Below are positions 24,574-37,572 of a DNA stretch of 51,329 nucleotides, in pieces; the stretch's first letter is position 1; each line of letters starts with the position of its first letter. Under the pieces are notes generated by a model. That model made no database searches. It saw only the letters and a program-made list of their open reading frames with translations, and was not told the DNA's origin. Source of the DNA: Catajapyx aquilonaris. Lineage: Eukaryota. The translations under genes and the position numbers were made by a program. The stretch lies in NCBI GenBank assembly GCA_000934665.2, contig JYFJ02002766.1:1-51329 (forward strand), read 5' to 3'.

Positions 24574-25418
24574 CTATAGGTTCTCCTCCCATAGTCGGAG
24601 TTCCGCAAGGTTTTTGTAAATGAAATTGTGGCTATGGGACCGACGGGTAGTCTTCTGGTCGTTGCTGTTCCCACTGGCAACATTGACCCCCACGACGCAT
24701 AGGCCACCTGCTTCGTGCTCCTCCTGGTTGTGCCTGCTAGTGCTTGGTCCACCACGGGGAGCAGCACGTTTGGCATGACCTGAGATCTTGACCTGCGGGG
24801 GCTGGGTCATTTCCTTCCTGAGTCGAGTACGCTCCTGATGGACATGTACGAGACCTGAGTTGTCCAGAATGTCGAATACACCGCTGCGACACAAACGCTT
24901 GTACGCGACCTGGAAGGAGGAACAATAAGGAGGATCAGCAAGTCGGACAATGGCAGGTTGCTTATTACCTCGTCTCGAGGCTCCATGAAGTACTCTGGAT
25001 GGGCTGCGACCTCTTCCTTGTAGGCGTTCATCTGTGCTTCAGGAAGTAACTTCCAACGATGCCATGCCATAGCAATCCACTGCTTATGCTGGTTCACTTT
25101 GCTCCCGGACGAGATTGACTACAATGAAATCAACAATCAATGGCTGGTGAACTGTGAGAGGAACATGATACGTACGAATCTGATGTCAGCATAGTAAATC
25201 TTGAACTCCAATGGGTGGTCATGGAAGTCCTTTGTCTCCCAAATGGCCCTGCGTCGCTGCAGGAAGACCACGTTGTCCATAATCGAATTCGCCATGAATT
25301 TTTTGATGTCATGGTACAGTTCCCTACAATTTGTCGCCCTTGTTGTGGGGCTTTCTGTCATACGCCATAGTTTCCTGGCATTGTCAACCAGCACCTTTTT
25401 CACCCTCTCTGATTCCAT
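24574..25418 (-). CDS. Orphan-like protein with one divergent HMG box (242 aa)
   Basis: Exons 25418-25176, 25118-24969 and 24909-24574, all phase 0 GT-AG, 729 nt. Spliced HPLEFKIYYADIR...AWHRWKLLPEAQMNAYKEE fits the HMG-box pattern. Confidence 0.6.
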
Positions 25419-25649
25419 GTTGGCATCAAAGTAAGGTCTCACAATGATCAGCAGCAAAGCTTAGGATCAGCAGTAAGGAAACGGTTACTCGTTCGGAACT
25501 GCGATGTCAACAAACTTACTGGTTGCTTGACAACTCACAAGGTGCCGGTCATGGGACTTACCGTATACAGGACAGTCATGTCCTCAGGAGATGAAAACCC
25601 TGGCAAAGTGTCCCTCTCAATTGCCATTTCAGAGCCAGCAATATCACTA

Positions 25650-27538
25650 ATGATGACAGTGATATCAACAATGATTCTGATGATACTAATATCAACAACA
25701 TCCAGTAAAGACTCTCAGATCACTGTCCAGATTCACATTGACGTCGAGCAACCAGTTGCCTACAGAACCAGCGACCGATTCCTCAGTGTCTCCTTAGACA
25801 CAAGCCTCATCTACCGCTCCTGGGCCGAGCTGGACTTAGGGTGAGTCATCCTCCACACTCCACACCTCACACTCCACACCAAATCGTTGCAGGTCTGTCA
25901 AGATTCAGAACCTGGCAGCCGCCCTGAATCCGAGCTATATCCGGTTTGGTGGGACGTACGCCAACCTTCTTCTGTTTGAGCCGACATCGAACAGAAACAC
26001 CGAGTTGCTTCCAAGGTTGCTTCTCTCCTCCGAAGACGATACTAAACTCATGACTGAACTTGGAGAACACACTGAGGACGAATACTTCGAGATGCCAATG
26101 GCACTTGCAGAACTGTCAAATGTCACATTGTTTCAGGACGACTTCATCCAGCTATACAGGTTTGTCGAGAAATCAGGCTGGGACCTCATATTTGACCTCA
26201 ATGTGCTGCTCAGACGGGGGTCAAAATGGGATCCGGACAATGCTAAGAAGATCATTGAGTTTGCAGACACAAATGGGTTCGATATCGCGGGATGGGAGCT
26301 TGGAAATGGTAAGGTAAGTGATGGAGTGTTAACACTGACAATACACTGATCTATGCTTCAGAACCAAACACCTTCATGGAAATGTTTGGAGTCAATCTGA
26401 CCGCATCCCAGCTGGGTAAGGACGTGGTCCAGCTGAGGTCACTTCTGAACAAGTACCCCCGGTACCGTGACTCTCTACTGCTTGGTCCAGACGTGACCAG
26501 AGGAAATCTCCTTACTTTCGATTACATAGAAGAATTTCTGGAGGAATCCAAGAGTGTCGTCGATGGTGTCACTTGGCACCAGTGAGTAACGTACGATCAA
26601 GACGTGACCAGTGTCTGAACCTTCTTCTTACAGCTACTATTTCAATGGCCGTACAGCCAAACCTGTCGATTATTTGAATCCGGGTATATTTAATTCTCTG
26701 AGGCGACAGATAAACAGATTCATTAAGGCAGTGAGCAAGGTGAACAGCGACACTCCACTGTGGTTAGGTAAATTCAATCATTTGACAATCCATCAGATGT
26801 CCCTAATTTTACAAACAAAACAGGTGAAACATCGTCTGGATACGGTGGAGGAACTAAAGGTATGTCAGACCGATTTGGAGCCACATTCATATGGTTGGAC
26901 AAACTGGGATTGTGTGCCAGTATGGGTGTGAAAGTCGTTGTAAGACAATCCTTTTACGGTTCATGGTACAGTCTGCTTCATCGGAAGACCACTGATCCTG
27001 TGCCTGTAAGTTGAATGTTGATCAAGTTTTTGGAGTGTTTAACCCTCTTTTGATAGGATTACTGGGTGTCCTTGTTGTACAAACGTTTGGTCGGACCTCC
27101 AGTGTTGGGTTTGACCCATAACTTCACCAGGTACGAGCGATTTTACGTACACTGCACCAGAGCTGCTAAAAACAAAAAGGAGTACACACCAGGGTCCGTC
27201 ACTGTGTATGGGATGAACCTGAAGAGTCGTACAGTCAAAGTCGTTTGGGGTAACGAGTGGGAGGGTGTGGTTCTGCAGTACCTCCTGTCTTCGGATGAAC
27301 TTGAGTCACCGTAAGTCTGTCAGTCAATACTTATTATAACTTAACGTCATATGTGACGACACATTACAGGGAAGTGTACCTGAACGGGGATTTGCTGAAG
27401 CTACGTCGGGACGAATCGGTGCCGTTCCTTGTGCCTAAAGTAATTTTTCCTGAGGATGGAATTACTCTACCTCCACATACTCTGGGATTTTGGGTGATAC
27501 CCGAAGCACATGTAAAAGCTTGTATTGGTAGAAAATAA
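25650..27538 (+). CDS. Heparanase-like GH79 glycosidase, copy 1
   Basis: Seven exons: 25650-25840, 25893-26308, 26362-26581, 26634-26767, 26824-27005, 27057-27310, 27370-27538. Signal peptide; catalytic WELGNEPN and WLGETSSGYGGG are formed across introns; WLDKLG and PDYW are present. Confidence 0.9.
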
Positions 27539-27589
27539 AAACACATGTACACTACAAATCAACTTTAAAGTCATCTGTAACACAACCTA

Positions 27590-28672
27590 TCAACGTATCG
27601 AGAACTCAAGAATGGCGTCCAAAATGTCAACACTGGCAAACTCCTCCCAAGACTCACTCTTCCTGACAGACTCCATGTTGGTCCTTGCAAATCTAACACA
27701 AGAACTCTTCAACTTGCTGCAACTGTGTTGCATCGCACAATCCAGGATGAGCAGAACATTGTCCACTGACAGGGAGGTGGCCAGATGCCGTTCACACATG
27801 GCCTGAAGACGAGGAAGTTCGTACTTGTCAGCGGCCACCATAAGGTCTTTGGTCATCTCATGGAAGTTGGGAGGACTCTGGTCGGTGTAGACGAAGTGCA
27901 GGAGGGCTTCCAGGACATGGGGATCCACGTCGGAGATGGGCACCGTTCCTGTGTCTGTCTCCACCGTCTTGTGTCTGAACATGGCTGCGAACACGGGACT
28001 GCGAGCACAGATCACGTTCCGGTGTGCCGGGAACCGTGTACCGTCCTTGGCCACCAGGGTCACGTCACTGTTAAACCCTGATTTCAGCATACCCACAAAG
28101 TCTGAGATCAACGCAGGCATGGGCACCTCAATCGACTCTCCCTCCATGTCGTGGGTGATGTCCAGGAGCAGCTTGCCTTTGACCAAGATTGTTAAGGTGT
28201 CATCTGCAAGTGACAGGTTCATACTTGATACTTCACATCATTTTGTAGCAGAGGTGACTGTACCTGGAATAAGATCATCAGATCTCTCTTGCAGCGCTTC
28301 GTTGGAGATAAACTTGGTGAATCCGTAAGCGTTTGTCCCCTTCTCTAGTGAGTATTCCCACCTCCTTCCTTCCAGGGAGAAGTACTCGTTGAACCCTGAC
28401 TGTATCATGTAAGTGCTCTGAAGCATGACCCTGGAGTCGTTGGGTGTGTTTGGGATGAAGTTGACATAGAGGGACAGGTGGTCCGAGGCCCCGTTTCCAT
28501 GTCCGTATGGGTACAACCAGAGCTCCCATTTGGTAGCGACGGGACCGTCAGTCGTGAACGTACCGGACACCAGCTTCTCCGTACAATCCTTGATGACACT
28601 GTAGTCCTTGACGATCCACTTGAAGCAGAATGATTGGACTAAGGCAGACGTTACGCAGCAGGATTGCGTCAT
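27590..28672 (-). CDS. MATH-BTB (SPOP/roadkill-like) Cullin-3 adaptor, divergent (340 aa)
   Basis: Exons 28672-28264 and 28203-27590. MATH motifs WELWLYPYG...HLSLY...YGFTKFI; BTB motifs SDVTLV...FPAHRNVICARSPVFAAMF...AADKYELPRLQAMCE. Confidence 0.88.
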
Positions 28673-28961
28673 GTGGAGAACATGAGTTGCTGTGGAGAGT
28701 GTCGTTGTGTCAAGTATTTTGAACTCTATCAATGATGTTGTAGAACAACATACTGTACCTTAACTCTGCCGGATATTGCGATGGACATTCACTTGTGACA
28801 CTTTAAGTGTTTCGACAAACTTTCCCATTTGTTTGACACTCTTGTTTACTAAGCAACAGCATATTGTTGTCTGTTTGTAGTGTAGCCAGATGCTAGTTAT
28901 TTTATTTTATTTTACACAGCCTGTTACTACAAGGAAGTTGCTGCATGTGGTGATCAGCGTA

Positions 28962-29917
28962 TCAGTCAAGTAACGACTTGTAGCATGTAGGGCAGGTCTG
29001 GAGGTCATGTAACATGCGTCCCAGAAGACAACTTCCGTGAAACACATGGCCGCATTTAGTGACTCTACCGGACAACAAAGTGTTCTTGCATAGTTTGCAG
29101 TAGTTTCCTCTGATTTCTCTTCTAAGAGCCAGTTTAAAGTTTGACAGCATCCGTCGTTTTCTCAGCAGACGGCGTATGCCGTGGGCATACAGCTACAACA
29201 AGAAATCATAAGTCATTTGCTGTGCAGATTGTGTGCCGTAGACAGACATACCTTAACCGAAGACAGAAATATGAGGAAGTAGAGATTCATGATGAAGATC
29301 AGCAGACTCGTGGTGTCAAAGGTCACGATCATGCAACCAGCGCAGATGATTATGGCAAGTGCTTTGGTGCAAATAAGAATCATGAGAACACCCTGTCCTT
29401 CCCAATAGTATATTGGGACCCATCCAAACAGGTAATTCAGTTCATCTCTCCTGCAAAGTGTTAGTGCTCAGCGTTTGTCACCTATTGTGTATAACAACAT
29501 ACCTAAATCCTGCGTACGTAAAGTATCTGACCGCCGCACAGGTCATAACATTCGTCGGTTTTGAAGACAAGATATTATACCAGAACAGAGGTTGATCCAA
29601 GATGATGATGGACATGATTGTCCTCACACGCCATGATGTGGTTTGAAATCGCTGAAACTGATTTCACTTAAATCATCATTTCTCACTTACCATGCTGGAC
29701 ATTGTTTACTTACCGCGAATCTGAACCTCATGTAGGAAAGAAGAGCCAAGTTCGGCAGGAGAAAGGACTTCAATTTGGTTTGATCTCCGTCACGTACGGA
29801 TATAGTAATAACAGTGTTTAGGAATAAAACCAGTTGTATCGTTCTACTTATTCCGTTTCTGGATCTGAAAAACTGATGAGGATTTAGAAAGAACGAGGAA
29901 AGTACGTTTGCGATCAT
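28962..29917 (-). CDS. Membrane-anchored RING-H2 E3 ligase, short TRC8/RNF139/RNF145-like (~255 aa)
   Basis: Exons 29917-29714, 29651-29518, 29450-29252 and 29192-28962 with consistent phases. Hydrophobic segments are followed by CKLC...CGHVFHGSC...CPTC. The start is uncertain. Confidence 0.7.
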
Positions 29918-30223
29918 GACTGTCGTAGGTCCCTGCAAATAACAATTGTTGTAATGTTGACATGGTGATGTTCACTATCATTGTACTCAACAGAAGGATT
30001 GGTTATCAATAAGATTTCCTGGGCGAACTTCACTGTTGAAATGTTTACAACTTCGCCAGAGGATTTCCTTGAATTACACAAAGGAAAGGAAATGGTGGCG
30101 ACATATACCTACTTCAATGAATGTCATATCTATCAGCTGTCAGATGATAATATGTCGTCATTAGTGAGATAAGAACTTACTACATCGATAGTAAGTAGGA
30201 CATGGTGTGATTAACTTCCTCAG

Positions 30224-32117
30224 ATGACCCAAGCAAGGACAATGCTGAGCACAACAATACTCCTGGTGATGGTAACATCACTTCAGGCATGTCGCGACAG
30301 TGTCCAGATTTACATCGACACAGGTCAACCAGTTGCCCATACTATCAACAACCGGTTCCTCAGCATTGCCATAGACTCAAACCAAATCCGACACAAATGG
30401 GGCAACCTGGACTTTGGGTAAGTGACCTCCAGTTGAATGACACTTTAACCTCAGTCAAATATTGCAGGTCACGAAAGGTTCAGTACTTGGCCTCGTCTCT
30501 GAACCCATCATACCTCCGACTGGGAGGTACGGCCGCTGACCTCCTCTTGTTTGACCCATATCCGGTCGAGGACACTGGGTTCCTTCCTGATGACTTCAGA
30601 CCGACTGAACTGGGACAATATTCGGAGCGGGAGTTACGGCAGGTCATGGCCGGAAAGAAGATGACCAACTTTACCATGTCTCAGTATGAATGGACCAGGC
30701 TGAACTGGTTTACCAGGAAAGTGGGGTGGGACCTCATATTTGACCTCAATGTGCTTCTGAGGCGGGGATCAAAGTGGGATCCGGACAATGCGAGGGAGCT
30801 TGTGTCGTTTTCGGATAGACATGGGTTCAACATCTCTTGGGAGCTTGGAAATGGTAAGCTAAACACTAGCCTTTGACCTTCCGGTTTGACCTTTGACCTC
30901 GATTCACCGATTATGCAGAACCAAACTCCTTCCGGCATGTGTTCGGGGTCAATCTGACCGCATCTCAGCTAGGTCAAGACTTCACCCAGCTGAGGTCACT
31001 CCTGAACAGATTCCCCAGATACCGAGATGCTCTGGTGGTGGGTCCTGACGTGACCCGAGGAAAACCAAGAGTGTATCGGTACATCCGAAGCTTCCTGAAG
31101 CGAGCCAAAGGAGTCGTCGGAGCAGTCACCTGGCACCAGTGAGTGAACTCTGACCTCGATTGACCCAATCCACAAGACATGACCTGTTGCTGTTGTTTCA
31201 GCTACTATTTCAATGGCAGGACAGCTACATTGGACGATTTCTTAGATCCGGATATATTTGATTCTCTGAGGCCACAGGTCAGAGGTGTCATGACCGCTGT
31301 TAGAAGTGTTGATCCCGATGCTCCAGTCTGGTTAGGTAAAGTCTGGTTGTACATGAATCCGGTTACAAAATTAATTTTGCAACCTATAAAAAGGTGAAAC
31401 TTCTTCGGCATATGGCGGCGGAGCACCAGGATTGTCCGACCGTTTTGTGGCCAGTTTTATATGGATGGACAAACTGGGACTGTCCGCTAGTATGGGTCTG
31501 GACTTGGTTATAAGACAAGCGTTTTATGGTAGCTCGTACAGTCTTCTTGATTCAGACTGTGATCCTCTTCCGGTACGTTTCGTTTCTCTGATTTCTTTTG
31601 GAATATTGCAAGTACCAGTACATGTAACTATTGTTTCTGACAGGATTACTGGTTGTCAGTGTTGCACAAGCGGTTGGTAGGACGGACAGTACTGGTTCTA
31701 AGTGGTAATTTCACAAACTGTGAGCGGTTTTATGTCCACTGCACCAGAGAAGACCATAGAACAGCGTACACACCGGGGTCTGTCACTGTGTTTGGGATGA
31801 ACTTGAATCCTCATCCTATTAGGATTGGTTGGGTCAACAAATGGGACGGACCTGTGAATCAGTACCTGCTGAGTTCGAATGACCTTTGTTCACAGTAAGT
31901 ACCTTTGTCTCTCAATCTTGACGACCACACTCACTGTTACACTTACAGGGATATGTACCTCAATGGACAGCTGCTACGAGTACTTCCAGACGGATCACTC
32001 CCGGACATTGTACCCGATGTGATTGACCCCGAAGAAGGCATTGACCTACCTTCACACACACTAGGTTTTTGGGTCATACCCGAAGCAAATGTATCAGCTT
32101 GTTTTGATAATAAATAA
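30224..32117 (+). CDS. Heparanase-like GH79 glycosidase, copy 2
   Basis: Seven exons: 30224-30417, 30468-30853, 30919-31138, 31202-31335, 31394-31572, 31644-31894, 31949-32117. Intron positions match copy 1; LRLGGTAADL, WELGNEPN and WLGETSSAYGGG are present. Confidence 0.9.
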
Positions 32118-33349
32118 ACTATATTTACATGAGCCAATATGACTGAACACCCCCTAATTACGCCCGTCGTTACTTGGGTCACCTTCAATGACCTCATCAG
32201 CTGAGACTCATTGCGCAACTGGTCATCTATGCAGGATGCTGTCTAAAGGCCAAATCCATTCATAGAGGTCAGTACTTTTTTAGTGTGCCATTGACACTAA
32301 TTGACACTTTATCTGACATCCCTCTTTGTCGTTGATTATCTTGTTGCATGGTCATGAAATATGTCGTCCTTGATAGCCTTTTTTTATATATAAATATTTT
32401 TTAGTAGATATCGCAGTTGGCACGGGTTCAATATCCTGCAGGTTGCATTAGTCTGTCTGCGACTGTCTGGGTTGGATGTACGCGACTCGGATATCTTGGA
32501 GCCAAATATATGTGAGTAATTACAGGTAATTACAATGAAAATTTGAGCAACCACTCACAGTTGTTCCCAGGTTGTTCCGGGGGGCGCCATATTGGTGTTA
32601 CTCTTAATTAATTAATAATTATATCTATTTATTAATTCAACTCCGATTAGTAGACCGCTAAAACCAGGCGCGACATTTCTTAAAACCCCGCCTAAAATTT
32701 CTATCCAACATCCCCGCGCCATCTATGAGCCACAAACCGCACTTTGGCCAGTGTTACCAGACGACCGTATCTCCAGCAACCTGTTTATTCCCCCCTCCTC
32801 TCATATTTATCCTAAAACTCAAAAATGTACTAAAACTCCAAAAAAAACCTCTCCGGATCTCCTCCCATCAGATCCTGAGGGAGAGGTTGACCTTGGCCTC
32901 ACAACATCCCACCCGTGACGTCACTCTTCGGGAGACCATGATGTCACCACCCATGGTACATATTTTTTAATTAACTTTAATTTAATGGGGTCCAAATCAT
33001 GGATTAATATGGGGTCATTTTCAGTACCCCAGTAGCACGTGCATGGTACGTGCATGTTCATGATTCCTTTCGACGTCATTGGTGTGTACAGGACGTTCCA
33101 TTTTTTTCACGTCACTGCCTCTTGGTTTTTTGTGCCTCCTGTTCCACTAGCCCACTGCAGAAATCGAGAGTGAATTTTGTCAAGGGGTGGTGGGCAGAAC
33201 AAGGCAAAAGTGTGGTGCGCTGGTAGCACGAGGTGGGGGGGACCGCACCGCAGGGCTCGACGGAAGGGTTTTTAAAAAGTAGGTAAATGTTGTGGAAATA
33301 TGGTTATGTAAGTTGACACAACGTAGTCTGGCAGGCACAGGACGGTGCG

Positions 33350-33482
33350 GTGTACAGGTACGACGCAGGCACACACGACATACAACGCAGCCACACACGA
33401 CATACGACCAAGCTGCTGTGTGTCGATGAACATAACCGACATACGACGCAGCAGTCGTACGTCGTGTGTCGATGCACTTAAC
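33350..33482. repeat. CpG-rich short direct and inverted repeats (ACACACGACATAC / GTGTGTCGATG), probably a MITE remnant
   Basis: Several CGACATACGAC units, and GTGTGTCGATG occurs twice. Confidence 0.4.
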
Positions 33483-33928
33483 GACATTACACAAGATACG
33501 GCACACATTTCGTGCAGAACCACTTGCATGCAAACCATCACGCTGACTGGTTTAAAGTCAATGTCAAGAGATTACGCGACAAGTTCGGTAAAAGTGATGT
33601 AACTTGCCGTGCAAACTGGGTTACATGCCTCCTCTGTGACCATTCAAGTGTGGTGAAAGCGTAGAAAAGCGAAAGTGGAAACCCAGCTTGGTCAAAAATA
33701 ACAAGTTTTCTCTTTCTGTTCTCCTTACAGGAATCGAATAAGTGATCCGCACCTAGGCGCCCCCACCCCTAAAGAACCTCTTCAGACACTAAGCCCACAC
33801 GACAAATTCACCGGTGAATAGTCCCCCATTATACATTTTATTTTTGTGTTGTACAGTCCCGCCTGTAGGGAGGGAACAAAAAAGAATCAAAATTTGAGAC
33901 CAACAGTGAGACATCAAATCGTAAAAAT

Positions 33929-36900
33929 ATGAACATGAGCTCCTTTTCTTCGGTCAGATGTGGGTTGAAGTCAGTGAAGAGATTCTTTCTGGTCCAGCCA
34001 CTCAAGTCCCATGCAGGTGAGTTTTTAGTGTGCTTGTACTTGATGAACGAATGATTTTTGACACCTGATGTCTTTGTCTAGGCGTATACGTGTTGTCTCA
34101 AGTGGACCTCGCCTCTGCGTCCAGTGAAGTCCGGCGGCAACTTGCGACGTCGCAGCCCTCCCTGCGAATAGTGTTTGGACCTCCTGGTAGCGGTGGTGGC
34201 AATGACAACACCAATTTCTTTAGCGAAGGTGGGAAGCGCACTGGAGGAGGCGGCGGGGGCAGCAGCGTCAGTGGCAGCAATGGCGGGGCCAAGGGCACTG
34301 GAAAGGATGGGGGAGGGGGGAAAGGGAGTGACCTCTGTTGCCCAAAGTGCGGGGATCCATGCACACAAGTGGAAACCTTTGTTTGTAAGTACTTCCAACG
34401 TTAATTGAAAATTAGTAGAGGAATGATGCATTGAGGATTTCGAAAAATAGTTTTTTTTTGCTACAAGAAATGAGTGCCTTTCTTTTTTGGCCGTTACAAT
34501 CCCATGTATGTCGTTCCGAAACAAATAGTGTACTGACTTACTATGCAAGGTTCAAGTTCACCAAGCAGGTTTTATTCAAGATCCATTTTTACCTCCTGCA
34601 GCATCTACCCGGTTCGTGAAGTGTGAGAAATGCCATCACTTCTTTGTGGTCTTGTCCGAGATGGATACAAAGAAGAGCTTGAAGGAAGGAAGAGGGGTAG
34701 ATCATGATCAGGCCAAGCATGGTGTCTTCAGGAAGCCGCCACCACCACCCAAGAAGGTGTTGAAAGTTTGCTTAACTTGTGCAGTAGTTTTCTAAATAGG
34801 TTCGTAGCGGTATTTGTGCAATGAAATGCCAAAGGATAGACCATCCCAAGGCAATTGGCTAGTATAGAACTGTACAAGTGTGATCTGCTGTGGTTGCAAG
34901 CAATCATGGCTCATTTCTCATGTCTTTTATTTTCCACAGATTTACGAATACCTGAACAAATATGTGGTGGGTCAGGACCGTGCAAAGAAGGTCTTGTCAG
35001 TGGCCGTTTACAACCATTACAAGCGCATCTACAAGAATGCACCTGCGTCTGGAAGTGCAGGAAGTGGCGGCAACAATGCAGGAGGTGGTAGACAGGAAGG
35101 ACATGAGCAACCCACTCAGCATGCATTTACACAAAGAGGTTCGTTTATTATTGGATATGATACGTCACAGCAGCCTTCTTGTAGTGTGTATGGTAACCTA
35201 GCGGGTGAACGAAAGCACGTACTCGTACAGCCCTGCCATTGCGAGCGGACCATTGTATTGCTGGGCCAGCAACATGTCTGTTTTAGTGATTGCTTGCCAA
35301 ATGGTAATTTCCAATTGACTCTGCTTTTACCAAGTTTTGGTCGCAGTGAACCTCTGACAATACAACAGGCTACATATTGTAATTAAATCAGAGGAAGGTG
35401 CATCTGGTATTCCATTAATATGCGACTGATTCAAGCCATCCATACTTTGCGTATTGACCCGGTCACATTGTGGCCAATGGCTGGTACACGTGCACTGAAT
35501 CACCTCAGGATTGGGAGTGAGCCAAATTGGCATGCATCTTGAGAATGGTCGAGCAGAGGCCATAAACCTTTTTTCTCAGCGAAACTTTACCGTAACCCTT
35601 ACAGTAACACCTCACACCAATAATTTGAGAAACCATTTATTGCTGTAAGCAGACATGTTGCTATCAACCTGTACAAGTAGGCTTATGTCTTAATGTTAGA
35701 AATTTGTTGGACACAAGTGAAGTACTGAACCTTACAGCATATTTCCTACTCCTTTCCATCTGTCCCTATAAAGTGCTGTCACCTGGGAGCACGGACTCAC
35801 GTAAGTGGATGAATCATGGCTGAAGTTGCATGTGCAAAGCAATTGATTTTATGGTTAAGAATATTGACAGAAGCATACTATACGTTCAAATTTCTGCAAT
35901 CTTTGAAAGCAAAATGACATTACTAGAAAAAATACGTGATATGCATGCAATTTTTTGTTGACCAGAGCAAGCAGATAAATCGCACTCTCTGATGAGACAC
36001 TAATTACATTTTGCTACTTTTCCTCTGCGTTGTTCCAGACCTCCTGCACATAGCGGGTCTCGGCCACAGCCCAGCACTAGGCATCCCATTCCAGCAGTCA
36101 TCTGATGACCAGCCTCACCACAGACGCAGCTCAACCCAGCAATCCCCACCGTCACAACAGCCAGCCTCTCCTGCTGCAACCACCCAGCAGGGAAGTCACC
36201 TTCTTGAGTCCACCAATCCAGATGCTCCCCGTCTGGAGAAGTCCAACATTTTGCTCCTGGGACCCACTGGGTCAGGAAAGACCCTCCTGGCACAGACAGT
36301 GGCACTCTGCCTGGACGTCCCCTTTGCTATTTGCGACTGCACAACTTTGACGCAGGCAGGATACGTAGGGGAGGACATCGAAAGTGTAATTGCCAAGTTG
36401 TTGCAGGATGCTAACTATAGTGTGGACAGGGCGCAGCAGGTTGGTATTTTTATTGTTGTAAGAAATTATAAGGCGCATATGCATTGTAATCATTTTCTAG
36501 GGCATAGTGTTTCTGGATGAGGTGGACAAAATTGGTGCTGTGCCAGGAATTCACCAACTTCGTGACGTGGGAGGCGAAGGGGTGCAGCAGGGGATGCTGA
36601 AGATGCTGGAAGGAACAGTGGTGAATGTTCCCGAACGCAATTCTCCTCGCAAACTGAGAGGAGAAACAGTGCAAGTGGACACCACAAATATCTTGTTTGT
36701 TGGTTCGGGAGCCTTCAGTGGGCTGGACCGCATTGTGAGTCGGCGCAAGAATGAAAAGTACCTTGGGTTTGGTGCACCAGTCAGTTCATCACCGGGGAGG
36801 AGGGCAGCCAGCCAAGCAGCACAGGCCAACCAGAGCAGCCAGAGCTCGGCAGAGGAGGACAATGCAGAGAGGGATGCCCTGCTCCGCGAAATTGAGGCCA

Positions 36901-37572
36901 GGGATCTCATCGAGTTCGGGATGATTCCTGTGAGTTGGTTTTGTCTGTCAATGTCTGATAACATGTATTGTGTCTAAGGACCAGTTGCATGATGGTTTTC
37001 AGCCAAGTGTATGCTGCTGTAACAAGCTGACTTTCTTCCCTGGCAGGAATTTGTAGGCCGCTTTCCGGTGCTCGTCCCATTCCATTCCCTGAGCAAGGAG
37101 ATGCTGATGAGGATCCTAACAGAGCCGCGGAATGCCCTCGTCCCTCAGTACCAGTCGCTCTTCACCATGGACAAAGTGGAACTAACCTTCACCACCGATG
37201 CTCTCAAAGCCATCGCAGGGCTCGCTATGGAAAAGAAGACAGGTGCAAGAGGACTTCGGGCCATCATGGTACAGTAATCAATCGTAGTGACTTGAATAAT
37301 GTTTTGTACCAAATTCTCATTTGATTCTCGTCTCTTTCCCTCCTCGTCTTCTCAACTGATGAACATACCAACAGGAGAACATACTTCTGGAGCCAATGTT
37401 TGAGATCCCTGGTTCAGATGTGGTGAGTGTCCACATAACAGAGGAGGTGGTGAGGCAACACATTCCTCCTGTCTACATACGAGGGAGGCAGCTCACAGAA
37501 GAGGATGACCAGCAGGCAAACAACAACAACAACATTGAGGTGCAACAACAGGCTAGGGCTGAGGCCAAATAA
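33929..37572 (+). CDS. CLPX: Mitochondrial ClpX AAA+ unfoldase (664 aa)
   Basis: Exons 33929-34016, 34082-34384, 34602-34756, 34940-35138, 36039-36439, 36501-36929, 37047-37268 and 37375-37572 (1995 nt). Zn finger CPKC...[14 protein letters not shown], Walker [13 protein letters not shown] pore loop, Walker [13 protein letters not shown] loop and TGARGLR. Confidence 0.95.

Noticed and set aside
32395..33110. Helentron/DINE-like element (T-run, GTCTGTCTG); a similar hint at ~5265-5400
   Set aside because: Termini and subterminal repeats could not be defined by eye.
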